Of a stretch of DNA of 64,000 nucleotides, positions 28,373-40,701 are shown piece by piece; position 1 is the stretch's first letter, and each line of letters starts with the position of its first letter. Under the pieces are notes generated by a model, which worked only from the letters and a program-made list of their open reading frames with translations, did no database searches and was not told where the DNA came from. Position numbers and translations under genes: made by a program. Source of the DNA: Tubulanus polymorphus (Eukaryota; Animalia; Nemertea); contig NC_134028.1 in the NCBI RefSeq assembly GCF_964204645.1, positions 24,486,345 through 24,550,344 of the forward strand, read 5' to 3'.

Positions 28373-31053
28373 AAAACGGCAAAAAAAAGTTCGTTATCAC
28401 GCGACCAAGAGACTACAACTACTGTACTGAAATTACCGCGATCAGATCCCGAGGTTATACTGATATATTCGAAAGGATCCGGTAATGGGTGAATGATCTT
28501 CATGTCCAGTCAGTGTCTAGTTAATGTGTGAATTCGTGAGATCGATAGCAATATGGGATTCGAACCTGATGGCAGTCCCAATACGATGGCATCAGGTTCA
28601 ATCACCCCGGCAACTTAAAAATGGGACAAAACTGAAACCATCTTTTCACTTTGAAAGCATGTTCATTACTGATTTCGGAAAAGAAAACTTTGCAAATCAT
28701 TCTTATAATTTCTCTGTCATAATTTGTTTCTCTTGAATTTCTTTTGATTTCCCCCACGTATTCACCGAATGTATAATGCCTAGATCCAGAATATACAATG
28801 TTCCAATTCACGGTGTTTGAACGGTCACTTCTGGGCCTCCGTCAACAAATATTTACCCAGCTGAGCTGCTGGGTTATAAGCGAATGAATGGCTAATTAAA
28901 CTGGATAATTCAGGTTCTAATTATAGCTCTTCTTTGTCCGCTGCCGTCGTCACTCGATTCAGCTGCAGTATCGCGATCAATGTACACAAACCCGCCGAAA
29001 CCCCAGAAATAAAATTCACGACGAAGGATTTGTTTTATATTTTCTATACTTTTCAGTTTATTCAGACGTAATAATATGCAAAAAAGCTTTGATCGAAATG
29101 TACATCTTTAAGAGCCACAAGCCGTAGATAATAAATAACAATCTTATCATTGATAAGGTATCTAATATATACGAATCCCTGAAACCCCAGATGAAACGCA
29201 AACAAGTAATATTTCCAATTGAGTGGAAAGAATTTCATTCATGAGTTTTTGAACTCGGTTCCACAATGAATCAATTTTAATCGCTTAAATCATTGAAAAT
29301 GAGAAATTTAGCAGGTCTCGAGGATCGGAATTATTGTTTATTCTTTGTGAAACCGGACTGGCTACAAATCGTTACCGTGGCACCGTACATGTAATTTCAT
29401 TCCAAATATATCCACTTCGAGTTGTCCGAGTTTTGAACACTGAGAATGTCACGGAACTTTTGTCAGAATCAGGATTTTAGGTTTTTGAAACTATTGGATT
29501 GTAAACCCTTTACTATCTTAAACGACTAGAGCTGTTTTCTGCAGAGTTGACTGCATAAACTGAGTATTGGAAGTCTATAGACCGCACACTGGGAATGTTA
29601 TGAACAAACTTATGAAGTTAAGAAAAAAATCAAATTTTCACCATCTAATACACCTTTAACAACAATTTCCCAAATTATCTAAACTGTAAATGAACGAATT
29701 TTCTTTTAAAGATTTCAAACAGTAACAAACGATAGACTTTTAAACTCTACACGGTGCAAAAAATACCTAACTTCCATCATCACCAAAAACGGAGAAAAAA
29801 TATGTATATACAAGAAAAATAGTTATCAACAAAATAAATAAAAGATATGAGTAAATTCTTCGCGTATGCAAGTATAATATATACATTAAATTACAGAACC
29901 ACTGCCTTAAGGTAATACGTCAAAAGGGAAAAATATTAAACTATGCAGTTTTCGTCTATTGAGTTGTTTTAAAGCTTAGCGTAAATATGAAATGCCATAT
30001 TTGCAAGGTATGTAATAATATCAGTGCTGCAGTTTTATCACCGTAAGTAGTTAAATAATGTAGATCTTAAATTTACGTTATTACAAACTTTATCGTCGAC
30101 TAGTGATAAAACTCAATAAAAGTTTTGATACTTCGATAAGCATATTCATAATGACTACCGGTAGAGTTATCTGAACCCTTGGCTTTATTGCGGCGTTTTT
30201 TCCAAAAAGTAAAGTATTTTCCTTTATTTTTGATTCGCTGTGTTATAAAGTGCAATTTCACGTCACGTACTGAAAACACTTCATCACACGAACCAATGAG
30301 TTCTTTCAAATCCTTGAGCTGAAAAGATAAGATTCAAAAAAAGGTAAAAATCTAGAGTCTCTTTACGTATCAAATGTTGAAATGTCTCGAGTGTTGAAAT
30401 GTCACAAGTAGGTTCGAGTCCAATTTCATAAGACGACTTTTTATAGTTTAGTTAGTCACGATAACACAAAATCAATGGAGCTTTGACTTCTGGATCCAGC
30501 AAATGGACTCAGGGTCAAAACATCAGAAACAAACTTTACATTTTAGCTCACTTTTGACTAAAGCTCAGTTTCACAAAATGTTAACATTTTCGTTGAATTT
30601 TAATTAGCTGTCGCTAATTTTCAGTTTTTCAAAGAGGAAAACAATTAAAACTTAATCATTTTATACTTAAGACTTTTTCCTGACACTGGAACCAGAATCT
30701 AAACATTGCAATTTGTGGAATACAGAAGCATTTTTTTTTAATTAACTGTCGTTTTATCTCTTGTTAGTAATTAGTAATAACTCCCAGGGTCAATCGCCTA
30801 CAGTCATGGCTTGAGCGCAGTCTACTCCTGCGAACTATTTTCATTCTGTGATGAAACCGTGTCTCGGGTACTACATACACTACCGACACCAGACACACAA
30901 ACTACGGCTTTTAATCGTGTTTTCATCGTGTATATGAAATTTATGCATTTATGCATAGCGTCGTGGAAATTGATAGCCCGATATGTTTGGAGGCGTCGAT
31001 AAGTTTAATAAACTTCAAATTATATTCACAAATTAAGTGGTCTGTTTACCGCG

Positions 31054-31183
31054 GGGAGAAGTTGCTCAGAAGTTGGTTAAGAGTTAACCAGTGGATAGTT
31101 GACATAGTGACAATTAAAAGTTCATTGTTACTATGGTATTTATCCGCTGGTTATCTTTAACCAACTTTTGAGCAACCGGCCCC
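31054..31183. mobile_element. Palindromic MITE (about 130 bp)
   Basis: GTTGCTCAGAAGTTGGTTAAGAGTTAACCAGTGGATA is inverted relative to TATCCGCTGGTTATCTTTAACCAACTTTTGAGCAAC. Confidence 0.8.
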
Positions 31184-31800
31184 TCAGTCTCGGCTCGGCC
31201 AATCCAACAACTAAAGACCATCCTCATATTCCGGTTCATATTGTATCTAAGATTTAAGAACATCGCGCAAATCATCCCCGAACCAATCCTATACACTATA
31301 CCGAGATTCAGTCGGATTTTTATGACGCTAATGCTTTTCTAAATCTCATATCGATCAACCGGTATTTTCAATCAGTGTTATTAACTATACAGAGTTGCTG
31401 AAGGCAGATGAACGCGATGAGGCATCGAGGAACGACGCACTATTTTCGCTAATGCAACATAATTGCTGATTAAATTTCGCCTGAGCGACGTTGTTGAACG
31501 CAAACAAGTGAATGAAAGTTCTTTTATTTTGCACTGCTTATTCTAGCATATTTGTTTTGGATCTAGAAATCTATTCGAATATGTAAAGTAACCGATAAAG
31601 ATGTATAGCGGACTGTTACAGAGCAAACTGATGGGAAAGCGAAGGTCCAAGTTGAGGATTGGAAAAATACGTTCCGAAGTCAAAAGATGATTTCGTTTCG
31701 TCAGAAGTCCCAGTTGGCCATATCGATTTCTTTCTGAATCGGATTTCTCGAATCTTCGAGAAAACCGCATGCACAGCCACGGACAACTTTTGAACATGGC

Positions 31801-31939
31801 TCATAGAATTATGTCTAAACGTTACTACTCTCTTAGTTTTTGAAAATGTCTCATAGAATTGAGTCTAAACGTCACTCCTCTCTTAGTTTTTGAAAATGTC
31901 TCATAGAATTGAGTCTAAACGTCACTACTCCCTTAGTTT
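31801..31939 (+). repeat. 50-bp tandem repeat, about 2.8 copies
   Basis: Unit TCATAGAATTGAGTCTAAACGTCACTACTCTCTTAGTTTTTGAAAATGTC. Confidence 0.9.
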
Positions 31940-33700
31940 ATCATAATTGCGTTTTTTTCTACTTAATTCTAATTGACGCACACCGCAAGATGCTCTGATA
32001 TTCACACAATCAGTAGAATCGACTCTCTCGCATTCTGTCACATCCCCCGCAAATGATCATCTTGATCTTGTATGGACAATATCTCAATGTAATTTCTCAA
32101 TGAAATGAATTCGTGATATTTCATAAAAACACGCAAAAATAGCGTATACACATTGACGTACACAAGATTCATCAATTATTTATCGTATCAACCACGAAAT
32201 AACTGTATCATCACCGCGGTGATAGCGCTTCTCGAGAGAGAAACAAGTGCTTTTTTGCCCTCGAATGTTGTTGCTATCTACTTGAGAATCCCACAATGTT
32301 TCGGTCTAAGCAAATATTACATCTTCGAAACCGAGAGGAGCAGTGATATACGTACTCCAGTGTAGATAACAACTTAAACAGATAAACTAACTATTTAGAC
32401 GATTCGATCTGAGTAGGAAAGAATGATGGCGATTGCTAAAAGGTTTCAGCTCGACTCGAACGGAAAACACTTGTTTTGAACGATGTAAGAAACAGAAGAT
32501 ACAAGACTCGTTTCGGCGCGCGTAACCAGTTAATAAAAAACAAACCGTTCCAATTGTCAGAGTTAACTATACCCCTAAAGCTGAAAATATTGCGAAATTA
32601 TCCGAAATGCAGCGACAAGGAAATGCTTATTGCAAGCTTCCTCGTAGGTTCTACGCCGAGACGGCATCATTAAGTGCATCAACGAACGCGTTAATCGCTA
32701 CTTAAACATCGATAAGCTGCTTTAAGATTGTCACCTTCGTCTTCCGGGAGCGTACTTGACTATTATACCGTCTAGACCAGACCAGACCGATCATACGTCG
32801 TCAGCGAATAGACTGATATTCTGTACCCCCCGGGAACGGATTAGATGACTCAGGTGAACTTTTAAAAAAAAGAAGAAAGTTTCTAGCCGTTGAACTAAGT
32901 TTCTTCTGTTGTGAATATCCATAAAATTATTCAGAACAAGGGCTTTCTGATACACAGGCAATGAAGCAAAACATTAAGTTTTTTATTTATTAGTGGTGCA
33001 CATATGGTGTTAGTGGTGCGATCACTGATCTTGTTTCTCGCTCATCTGGCTTAACGTCGTCGGGATCTTGGTTTGCCAAAACTAACCCTATTGGATTATT
33101 CATGTTTAACCTCATGACGGGACCACTTCCTTTAAAACGATACCCGCGCACTGTAAGCAGCCAGCAGGACTCGAACATCGCGACCTGATGGCCGTTAGGA
33201 AACACCCGGGTGGTGATCGCGATAACCTTTTCAATCTTTGAACTTTTAGTTTTCAATTGTGGCCATACGTTTCGATCGCTATAGATCCATCCCTTCTGAA
33301 GCCGTGGCTGGAGGAACGTAACCTTTCACTTCGAAAATAGTTTACAATCTAATTTACAATCAATTCTATCGGCTTAGTTCATGTTCCACAGGAGCCATAC
33401 ATCTAACGGGAAAACGAGGAAAAAAACTGCTGATGTCGAAGCAAATTGCTCGTACTTTGTAAGCGTGTTGCTACTTGTAAATCGCGCTAATCCTGAAGGA
33501 GGCGTCGACTGCAGCATTTTTAACGTGAAATTCGCATTTATTCAAATACATGCGCGACAGCATTATCGCTTCTAGCATAATCGAATTGTTCGATGACAGA
33601 CAAAAGTAAATTGAGGACTACATTAAAAAAAACACCAGTCTCGCAACGTCTCAGATATAAAGAACAAGTCAATGGAGAATTCCCGATGACGAAAAGATTA

Positions 33701-33866
33701 AGTCCGAAAATGTTTCCTTGAGCTGGTAGTTTATTCGACGTTTCGAATATATTCTGAATTAAGTCATCTTCAGGAATACATTGAAACATCGAATGAACTA
33801 CCAGCTCAATGAAACATTTTCGGACTGTAGGCCTATATTATTTTTTGCTATGATTGTGGGATTATC
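33701..33866. mobile_element. Penelope-like pseudo-LTR remnant in inverted (hairpin) arrangement
   Basis: 33701-33755 is inverted relative to 33775-33826. Both arms resemble 52974-53040, and a hammerhead core lies on the minus strand. Confidence 0.6.
33732..33778 (-). ncRNA. Minimal type I hammerhead ribozyme motif (PLE-type)
   Basis: Minus strand reads TATTC-CTGAAGA-T-[imperfect helix II]-GAAAC-GTC-GAATA. Helix I TATTC/GAATA is perfect and the cleavage triplet is GUC. Confidence 0.55.
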
Positions 33867-34218
33867 TATAGGTTATCGTCGCAACACGGGTATAGTGTTT
33901 TACCAATGGTTATAAAGAACGTTCAAAGTGTTTTCAGGTTCTTACAGATCAGGTAATCCGAAATTCTCTAATATTTCCCTGATTTTCCCGACCCTTGACG
34001 GTACCAAGAATAGTCTGATTAAATTGTAAGATATCCTCGGTGGGGGCTGTTGTTCATCAAGAGGTTCCTAGTGCCACCGAACATCAGCTTAAACAACACA
34101 ACACCAAATATTCAAGACTGTAGTGAACTGATATAAATCTCAGTACAGTTAACGAATAAAAACCCACAGTAGATTTGAGGAACAAAAAATACAATTATGA
34201 AGTTTATTGTATTTTTTG

Positions 34219-34264
34219 TTCCTCTGAAGATGAGGTTTAGTTTTAACCTGGAAACTTTGAGGAA
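34219..34264 (+). ncRNA. Degenerate minimal hammerhead motif within nested inverted repeats (34164-34292)
   Basis: TTCCT-CTGAAGA-TG-AGGTT..AACCT-G-GAAAC-TTTG-AGGAA. Confidence 0.4.
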
Positions 34265-34782
34265 ATGAACTGTTTCTACAAATCTACTGTGGCTTACCGT
34301 TTATTCACCAAATATTCAAATTCCTTGATTTTCTCTTTATTTTCAAGAAGAATCGGAATTCCCAGTCAAAGTAACAACGAATGATGACATAGAATTAGAA
34401 TCAGCTAGAGTTTAAAAAGAGTAAAGGTGATTTTTGTTCGCGGGGTAGTCATCCGTAGATTTCTGAGAAACATCGAGTAGACTGTCTGAGTACCGCTGGG
34501 AATAAAACAGAGCCCAGTCAGACACGCTCAACACAATTACAAATCTTAAAGCGATTTCTTAGAGTTTCTCATTGCTGTCATAAATGAACATTATTATCAA
34601 GTTTACGGTGCTTTTATCCGTATTTAAATTTTTTAATGGCTGCGTAACGTTGTATATTCAATCTCTTTCGAGAAACACATGTTCCACTTCGAACAATTCA
34701 ATAATCCAACAATTCTACAAGGTGTCACTTTTATTTCACTTGCACGTTGCTTTATATGAGATTCATTTAATCAAATGCTTAC

Positions 34783-37700
34783 CGATGCTGCATAGTATAG
34801 TTTTTGCCTGAAAATAAAATTGAACATTTTTATCAAAAGGAAGCTTTCTACAGTAGACTCCGCTCGTGTCGGATCTGATCAACTCGAATTTTTGACGAAA
34901 TATTTTCTGTGACAATATTCAAGAAAACATAGCATCAAACTTGGATGTCGGACACATTTTTAAGTCCCAAAAGATCAGAGAGCGGAGTCTACTGTACAAT
35001 CGAATCGATACTAGCTGTGTCTTAGTCTTTTATTCTGACGATGAGAAGAAATTAGAAACCGTTGTTTTTTTGCTCTGATGAAACTGCTTTATTATTCATA
35101 GAACTAGTGACAACCAGAATTAGTAACTAGAGCATCGAGAAGCGTTAACCGCTTGTCAATAGTATGTATTCAATACCCGGTGACCTGTTCCTAAATTCCA
35201 AATTGGGTAGAGTTGAATTATTGGAAATGAAATTTAAATGGGATTAAATGATTTTAAATGGGAGCCTATTCAAATCAAAATTGTGAAACTGGACACTGGT
35301 GTGAAGCACCAGCAATTAAAGCTTAAGAATTAGTCAGCCCCGTTAAAGTTAATGATTGAGATTCCTAGCTGATCAGCAGAACCAATACGCCACCTAACTC
35401 ATTAACTATTTACCTCGTCATCAGTTTTGGCTTCAAACGCGTGACATTGGAACTCTTTTGATAGCGTGCACGTCGTTTCACTGAAACCAGAATAGTTTAC
35501 CATGAACCATCGCAATATCTGTCATTTTAATCAGTGTACAGTTGTCAGTATCAGAACAGAGTTTAACAATTCCTCATCTTAGACAATCGAGTTAAAAATG
35601 AACTTATTTCAACTTATATAGAAAATGATTGTATATATTCTGTGACCAGTTGGGGCATGCCCGGAATAGAATAACCTACCCAGCTAAATATGCGAATATC
35701 TTTACACAATCAACCCTGCGACCACAGGCTGAAATTTCCGTGTAGGAATGTCTCATAATCTCCTGAAAAATTCACAAAGAAACAAACTTCAGATTTATCA
35801 AACTGATACCGAATTTATGCTATATTTTTCAGATATTTTTCTTCACCTCTTCGCTATCCATTTCAGTGACTATCACATCTTTTTCTCCGAGTTCGAAAAT
35901 AAACGTCTGGAAAAAGAAGACCGTGATATTCACATCATGAACCGTAAAAAAATAACACAGGATATTATTTCCCTCTTTCCAAAATCTCTCAAAAAAAGTT
36001 AATTTTCAGACAACCAGAAAATGCCACCGATCACCTAGAAATAAAAGCTACCTTAGATTTTTCTGATTCAGCCTAGAAAACACAAAAAATTTTTTAAAAA
36101 ATATCAAAGAAATATGTTAACTCGTTCATGGCACGATCCATTATCACAGATCTGAGTAAAGTTTGACTCATATTCGTGTGAAAATAAGTTTATTTTCACT
36201 GTTTTGACTCATAATTATGTTACTGATTGGATCAAGACAATTACTTTGAAATATTTACTTTCTTAAGACTTACTTTCGACTTTTCCTGTTCCCGAATTTT
36301 ATTGATAGCTATTTCGATTTGATCGACGCTGCCGTCCTGAATTCAAACAGATGAAACGAACCAATGATTGAAAGAATAGAAAAATGAAAATTTACTGTTT
36401 CGGAACTTTGATGAATATAACTTACAGTTCCTACGAATGTGTTCCCGAGATATTTCACTATATAGCGAGCCCTAAAATAGAAATCTAATTTCTTATGAAG
36501 CTGACTTACAATACAGCATCCCTGATTTAAAGCTTATTTACAAATGGCTATTCACTGATTTTTGTAACAAAAAGGAATTCCCAGACTTTTCCCAGATTTC
36601 CAAGTAAGCGGCCACCCTGACTTAAAATCAGATCCAGTATTCAATATCTATTTAGAAAGCGTGCTGATGGATAGTGACTTTCTAGAGCGCGAGAAATAAG
36701 GTGTGCTGCACGTACTTATCATCAGGATTAGAAACCGGAACCTCCTCGAGTTCGTCTTCGGGAAGCTGGGCGTGCGGCGGTATACGAGCGGTCTCAGCAC
36801 GCGCCGCACGCCGTAGTTCCTCTTCCTCTTCTAACAGTCGTTGTAACGAATCGATATTTTTGCCGACTTTTTGAAGCAATTCGATGATCGGAGGAAACAC
36901 GGTGCCGTTCAGCAGACGACATTTGATCACAGACATGTAAATCGGAAGACCTTGATTCTCTTTCAATACGGCGGACATCTAAAAATAAACAACATGTTTC
37001 CATAAACTAGTTACACATCCAGAGGTGGATCCAGCCTCTTATCCTGAATAATAACATTACAGGAAAACTTTTTTAAATTTTACCATCTTCAGATGCATTC
37101 TGAGCATTTGTGGAGATGATAGATTTAATTTTCCAAACATCGACCCAAAATAACTTAAACTTAAAGAAAAGTTAAACGAGTTGAAAAGCAAATCCTTAAA
37201 ATTTCAGACGGGGTTTGAAAAATAATTTGGTATTTGGAGCATACTAGAAGGTCATAAACATTATTGAAAACAAATATCGAAGAACACAGAATTGTTTCCT
37301 TTTATTTCAAATACCTTTCCTCGTTTGACGCCGCGAAGTGGAATCCCGTATAGTTCATCTAACACATCGCCTAACTCGATTTTATTCTGAAAATTGAGAT
37401 CACCAAACAATTAGTAGTGGTTAGAAATTTTAAAATCGTAATGCCGAGATTCTGTAAGTATGTAAATAAGTAAAGCACCATCAATATGTACACAATTAAT
37501 AAATAATAACAAATTTAATTAGCTAGGTGAAAAAAATGATTGCTGTTGAGCTTAAAAGTTGACTCAGCTGGCTACCTATCTACCCTGTACATTACTTTCT
37601 TTTATAAATCATGATCACACTAGCCATATCAGACTCCGCAGTTATAGAAATTAACTGAAACAAACTTTATTGCAGTTTACAAAAGTAACCCGGCCGATTA

Positions 37701-40121
37701 GAAGAAACAAGGTATCATCTTATTTTAGCCTAAGCAGTGAAGTACATATCACGCAGATGACAGGAGCCATACAGGATGTTCAGACACCCTGACAATAAGG
37801 CAAAAACAAAAACAAATGAAAAGGGATGGAGACTTACATCTTCTTCAGCGACGCTGCCTTTTTCTACGTAGGATATTATTTGCCTACCATCAATATGTCT
37901 GAAATTGATGATTTATCAATACAGTTTTACAGAGCTAACACAAATCTGCAGACGAAACTCATTAACTTAAAACTTACTGGACTAGAATTCCTAAATCTTT
38001 GCACGGAACAAATTCATACTTTTTATATAACTGGAAATAGAATCATTGAATTAAATATCAAAGGAAATTTGCTTTTTCTACCTGAAAATTGGTGTTATCT
38101 ACTGAAATAAGCAGCATTACTTACAGGCATTATCCAAGTTTCATCCAAGAAGGTACAGCACTGGAAATAAAGCAAATTTCTTTAACAGCTTAACAATTGT
38201 CAGTTACATTTGATTTTAGGATTCAAATAAGTTCATTCCATATGTTTTAACAAGGGTCAAATTTTTAAATGAGAACTGTGAAACTGGATCCGCAGAAATG
38301 GATCTAGTGGAACTGGGTACAAAACTGTGGAATTGAATCTAGACATTTTAATTAACTTCCGTATCAGTGATATATGTCATAAAGAGTCAATATCCTCCTA
38401 CCTTCATGTTAAGTTTGAAATTTATTTCAGCAACTTCGTGTAGCAATGACAGGAATATTTCTATGTGAGAAAAGCGAGAAATAAAACAAAACGGTTTCAA
38501 ATACTGAACAAAATATGTCTAAATCTCGAAACGAAAGAAAGATCATCTTCATCTTACCGCATAGAATTTCATTTCCAAGGACAGAAAACAGCGGATCGTA
38601 CCAGGACTAAAAAGAAATCCAACAAATCATTGATGAATCTTTTTTAAGAAATTTCGCTAAAGAAAATGCTCATCCGAATTTACTAACCTCTAAGAACGGG
38701 CGATTTTTGATCAACATTTCCACGGGATATTTCAGGCACTTTTTCTGTAAAGCGAATCTAATGAAGCAACGGCCACGACCTTGAGCGTACTTAATCTATC
38801 AACAAAAAAATGAACAAATCAAACATGAACATTCCGAATAAAGGACTAAGGTTTAGGTTTAAGAGTTAACTCACTGAAAATGAAATGATTTCATACTCTG
38901 CGGTGCAGAAATCTAAAAACTTTTTTAGGAAGCATGTCATAAATTCTATGTTCATATTCTTTTACACTTATGTAACCTGACATTTTTGTAAGCATTTTAA
39001 ATGCATCTTTGGGCTTAACAAATTATCTTCTATTATTTATAACATAATCAAAACTAAACTGACCTTTGATACTCCACGTATTGATGTCACTACGAGATTA
39101 AATGTAGGATTATAGCTACAAAGAAAGAGCGAGTAATAAGAAATCTTGGTAAGGTCAAATGGATTCAAGAGGCCAAAAGTTTGTTTAAAAGTTGATTGAT
39201 AATAAACTTAGTTTGACAACATTAGAACAGGTGCTCGTGTCATCTAGAGGGATAGCTCACTGGTGGTGCAGTTCATGCACATGTCACAGTGATGTCTTCC
39301 CACTTTGCCTCTTTCCCATTTCACTCCATTGAACGTCTTCGGAAAGGGTCAAAATGGGAATAAACCGATAATAACAAATGTGCAAAACTTACGAAGATCC
39401 TTGTATTTTATCGCACATGAAATTGATCCATTGCCAGTAATCTCGTTTTTGTATGCCGAAGAAAGACGCTGTATCTGAAGAATTAAACAGCAATCAATGA
39501 AAATGATTGGTGGCATGGATCATAGTATGATCATGGACGTACATGTTTTAGAGTTTAAACTCTAATGTCTGTTTCAATTTTGCTTGAGGCCTACAATATT
39601 CATGTTGCAATACAAAGGAAAGCATCTTGAAGAAGTCAGAATTCAACAGCATCCTTATCCAACTCATCCTACTTTCGCCCCCTCCCCCCTCCTCTCATCT
39701 CACTCCTTTTCTCTCCATGGATCTGCTGCAGTCATTACGAACTAACTAGTATCTAAAATCATTCCCTAACAACCCGTACATTGTCTGGTATTTCAGTCTG
39801 GTAACAAACTTACTTTTCATCCCTTTTCTGAATATGTTTTCAATTGTCCTGCAGAATGGTAACAGCATAGGATGGTGATTGGAAATTGGAACATTGCTCA
39901 ATCTTAGTTCAGAAATATAACCTGAAAATGTTCAATTAATGAATAAACGAACCAATAAGCGCCTAGCCAGCGATATGACTGACGTCGACGACGTTTTTTC
40001 GATACTTTTTATCGAGAATCAAATCAACTTTAGTATAGGGGCTTAACTTTCAAATAAATAGAATATTAGATATTGAAGGGCTACCTTTGAGGTCTTTTAG
40101 AAGTGGATCAGTCACTGACAT
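34783..40121 (-). CDS. RUN + PDZ + PTB/PID domain protein (uncharacterised invertebrate adaptor); terminal exon unresolved
   Basis: In-frame GT-AG exons: 40121-40085, 39921-39814, 39474-39393, 39115-39064, 38795-38688, 38606-38558, 38460-38402, 38160-38125, 38030-37978, 37898-37838, 37386-37315, 36978-36716, 36471-36426, 36336-36274, (36072-36052 microexon), 35906-35847, 35762-35680, 35480-35414, 34807-34783. RUN: FCRTIENIFRKGMK, RDYWQWI, GRGRCFIRFALQKK, WYDPLFSVLG. PDZ: DLGILV..IDGRQIISYVEKGSVAEED.KIELGDVLDELYG. PTB: YIVKYLGNTFVG...HSYTEISACG...FAYLAG...FQCHAFEA. Confidence 0.88.
34851..34994. mobile_element. Tc1/mariner (pogo/Tigger)-type MITE in an intron of the RUN-PDZ-PTB gene
   Basis: Perfect 15-bp TIR CAGTAGACTCCGCTC/GAGCGGAGTCTACTG flanked by TA on both sides. 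Confidence 0.85.
39315..39388 (+). repeat. Short dispersed repeat (second copy at 42119-42192)
   Basis: CCCATTTCAC.CCATT...AAAGGG.CAAAATGGGAATAAA..GATAA.AAC in both copies, with terminal stem CCCATTT/AAATGGG. Confidence 0.6.
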
Positions 40122-40701
40122 ATTTATTTTGCGTAATTTCGCTCACTTTCCAGCTCGAAACTTCATAATTTGAGAATTGACATTTTTGACAATCACTTCC
40201 GCATCCACTTCGACCTTGAAAGTCGTATTAATGCAATAATGCAATCAATTTAGATTTTATTAAGGCCTTTCCTACACAATATGTTCATGAGGCACTTTCA
40301 CTAAGAGATTGACATAAGATAAAAAGCAGTTTTCAGGTATGCATTCTAAAAAATTAAAATGAAATACTGACAAACGAGTATCACGCGTATGACGCGTTAA
40401 ACCAATTCAATTAAATCCAAAAATAGTTGCGCTCCGAGATCAAAAGTGGAGCCGAGACTTGAGTTTATACTCGATCGTAACTACCAGAGATCTGATAACC
40501 ATTCGAGCGGCGTGCTTTAATAGCCTGCGCACTGGCGATATCAAAGCTGTGCGGAGTGTAATTCAATACCGACCTCCGATTTGACAGCGATGGTCACGTT
40601 TTTGACGCCGAGTGACAACAAACTGGTATCGCTGCAGCTGTTGCTGCTGAGATGAGGCGCCGGTGGTCATCAGTTAGTGACAGTCAGTGTTGATTGCCGC
40701 G
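40122..40701. promoter_or_regulatory. Putative bidirectional promoter / 5' UTRs between the RUN-PDZ-PTB gene and oxt
   Basis: Divergent ATGs with only 580 bp between them; CpG-rich motifs (ACGCGT twice, TGCGCA). Confidence 0.6.

Noticed and set aside
28493-28550. Possible SECIS after the GPCR TGA (ATGA...GA stem)
   Set aside because: Lacks the apical AA motif and canonical geometry, so selenocysteine is not supported
33082-33090. CTAACCCTA telomerase-template-like 9-mer
   Set aside because: Expected by chance in 64 kb; no pseudoknot or H/ACA context recognised
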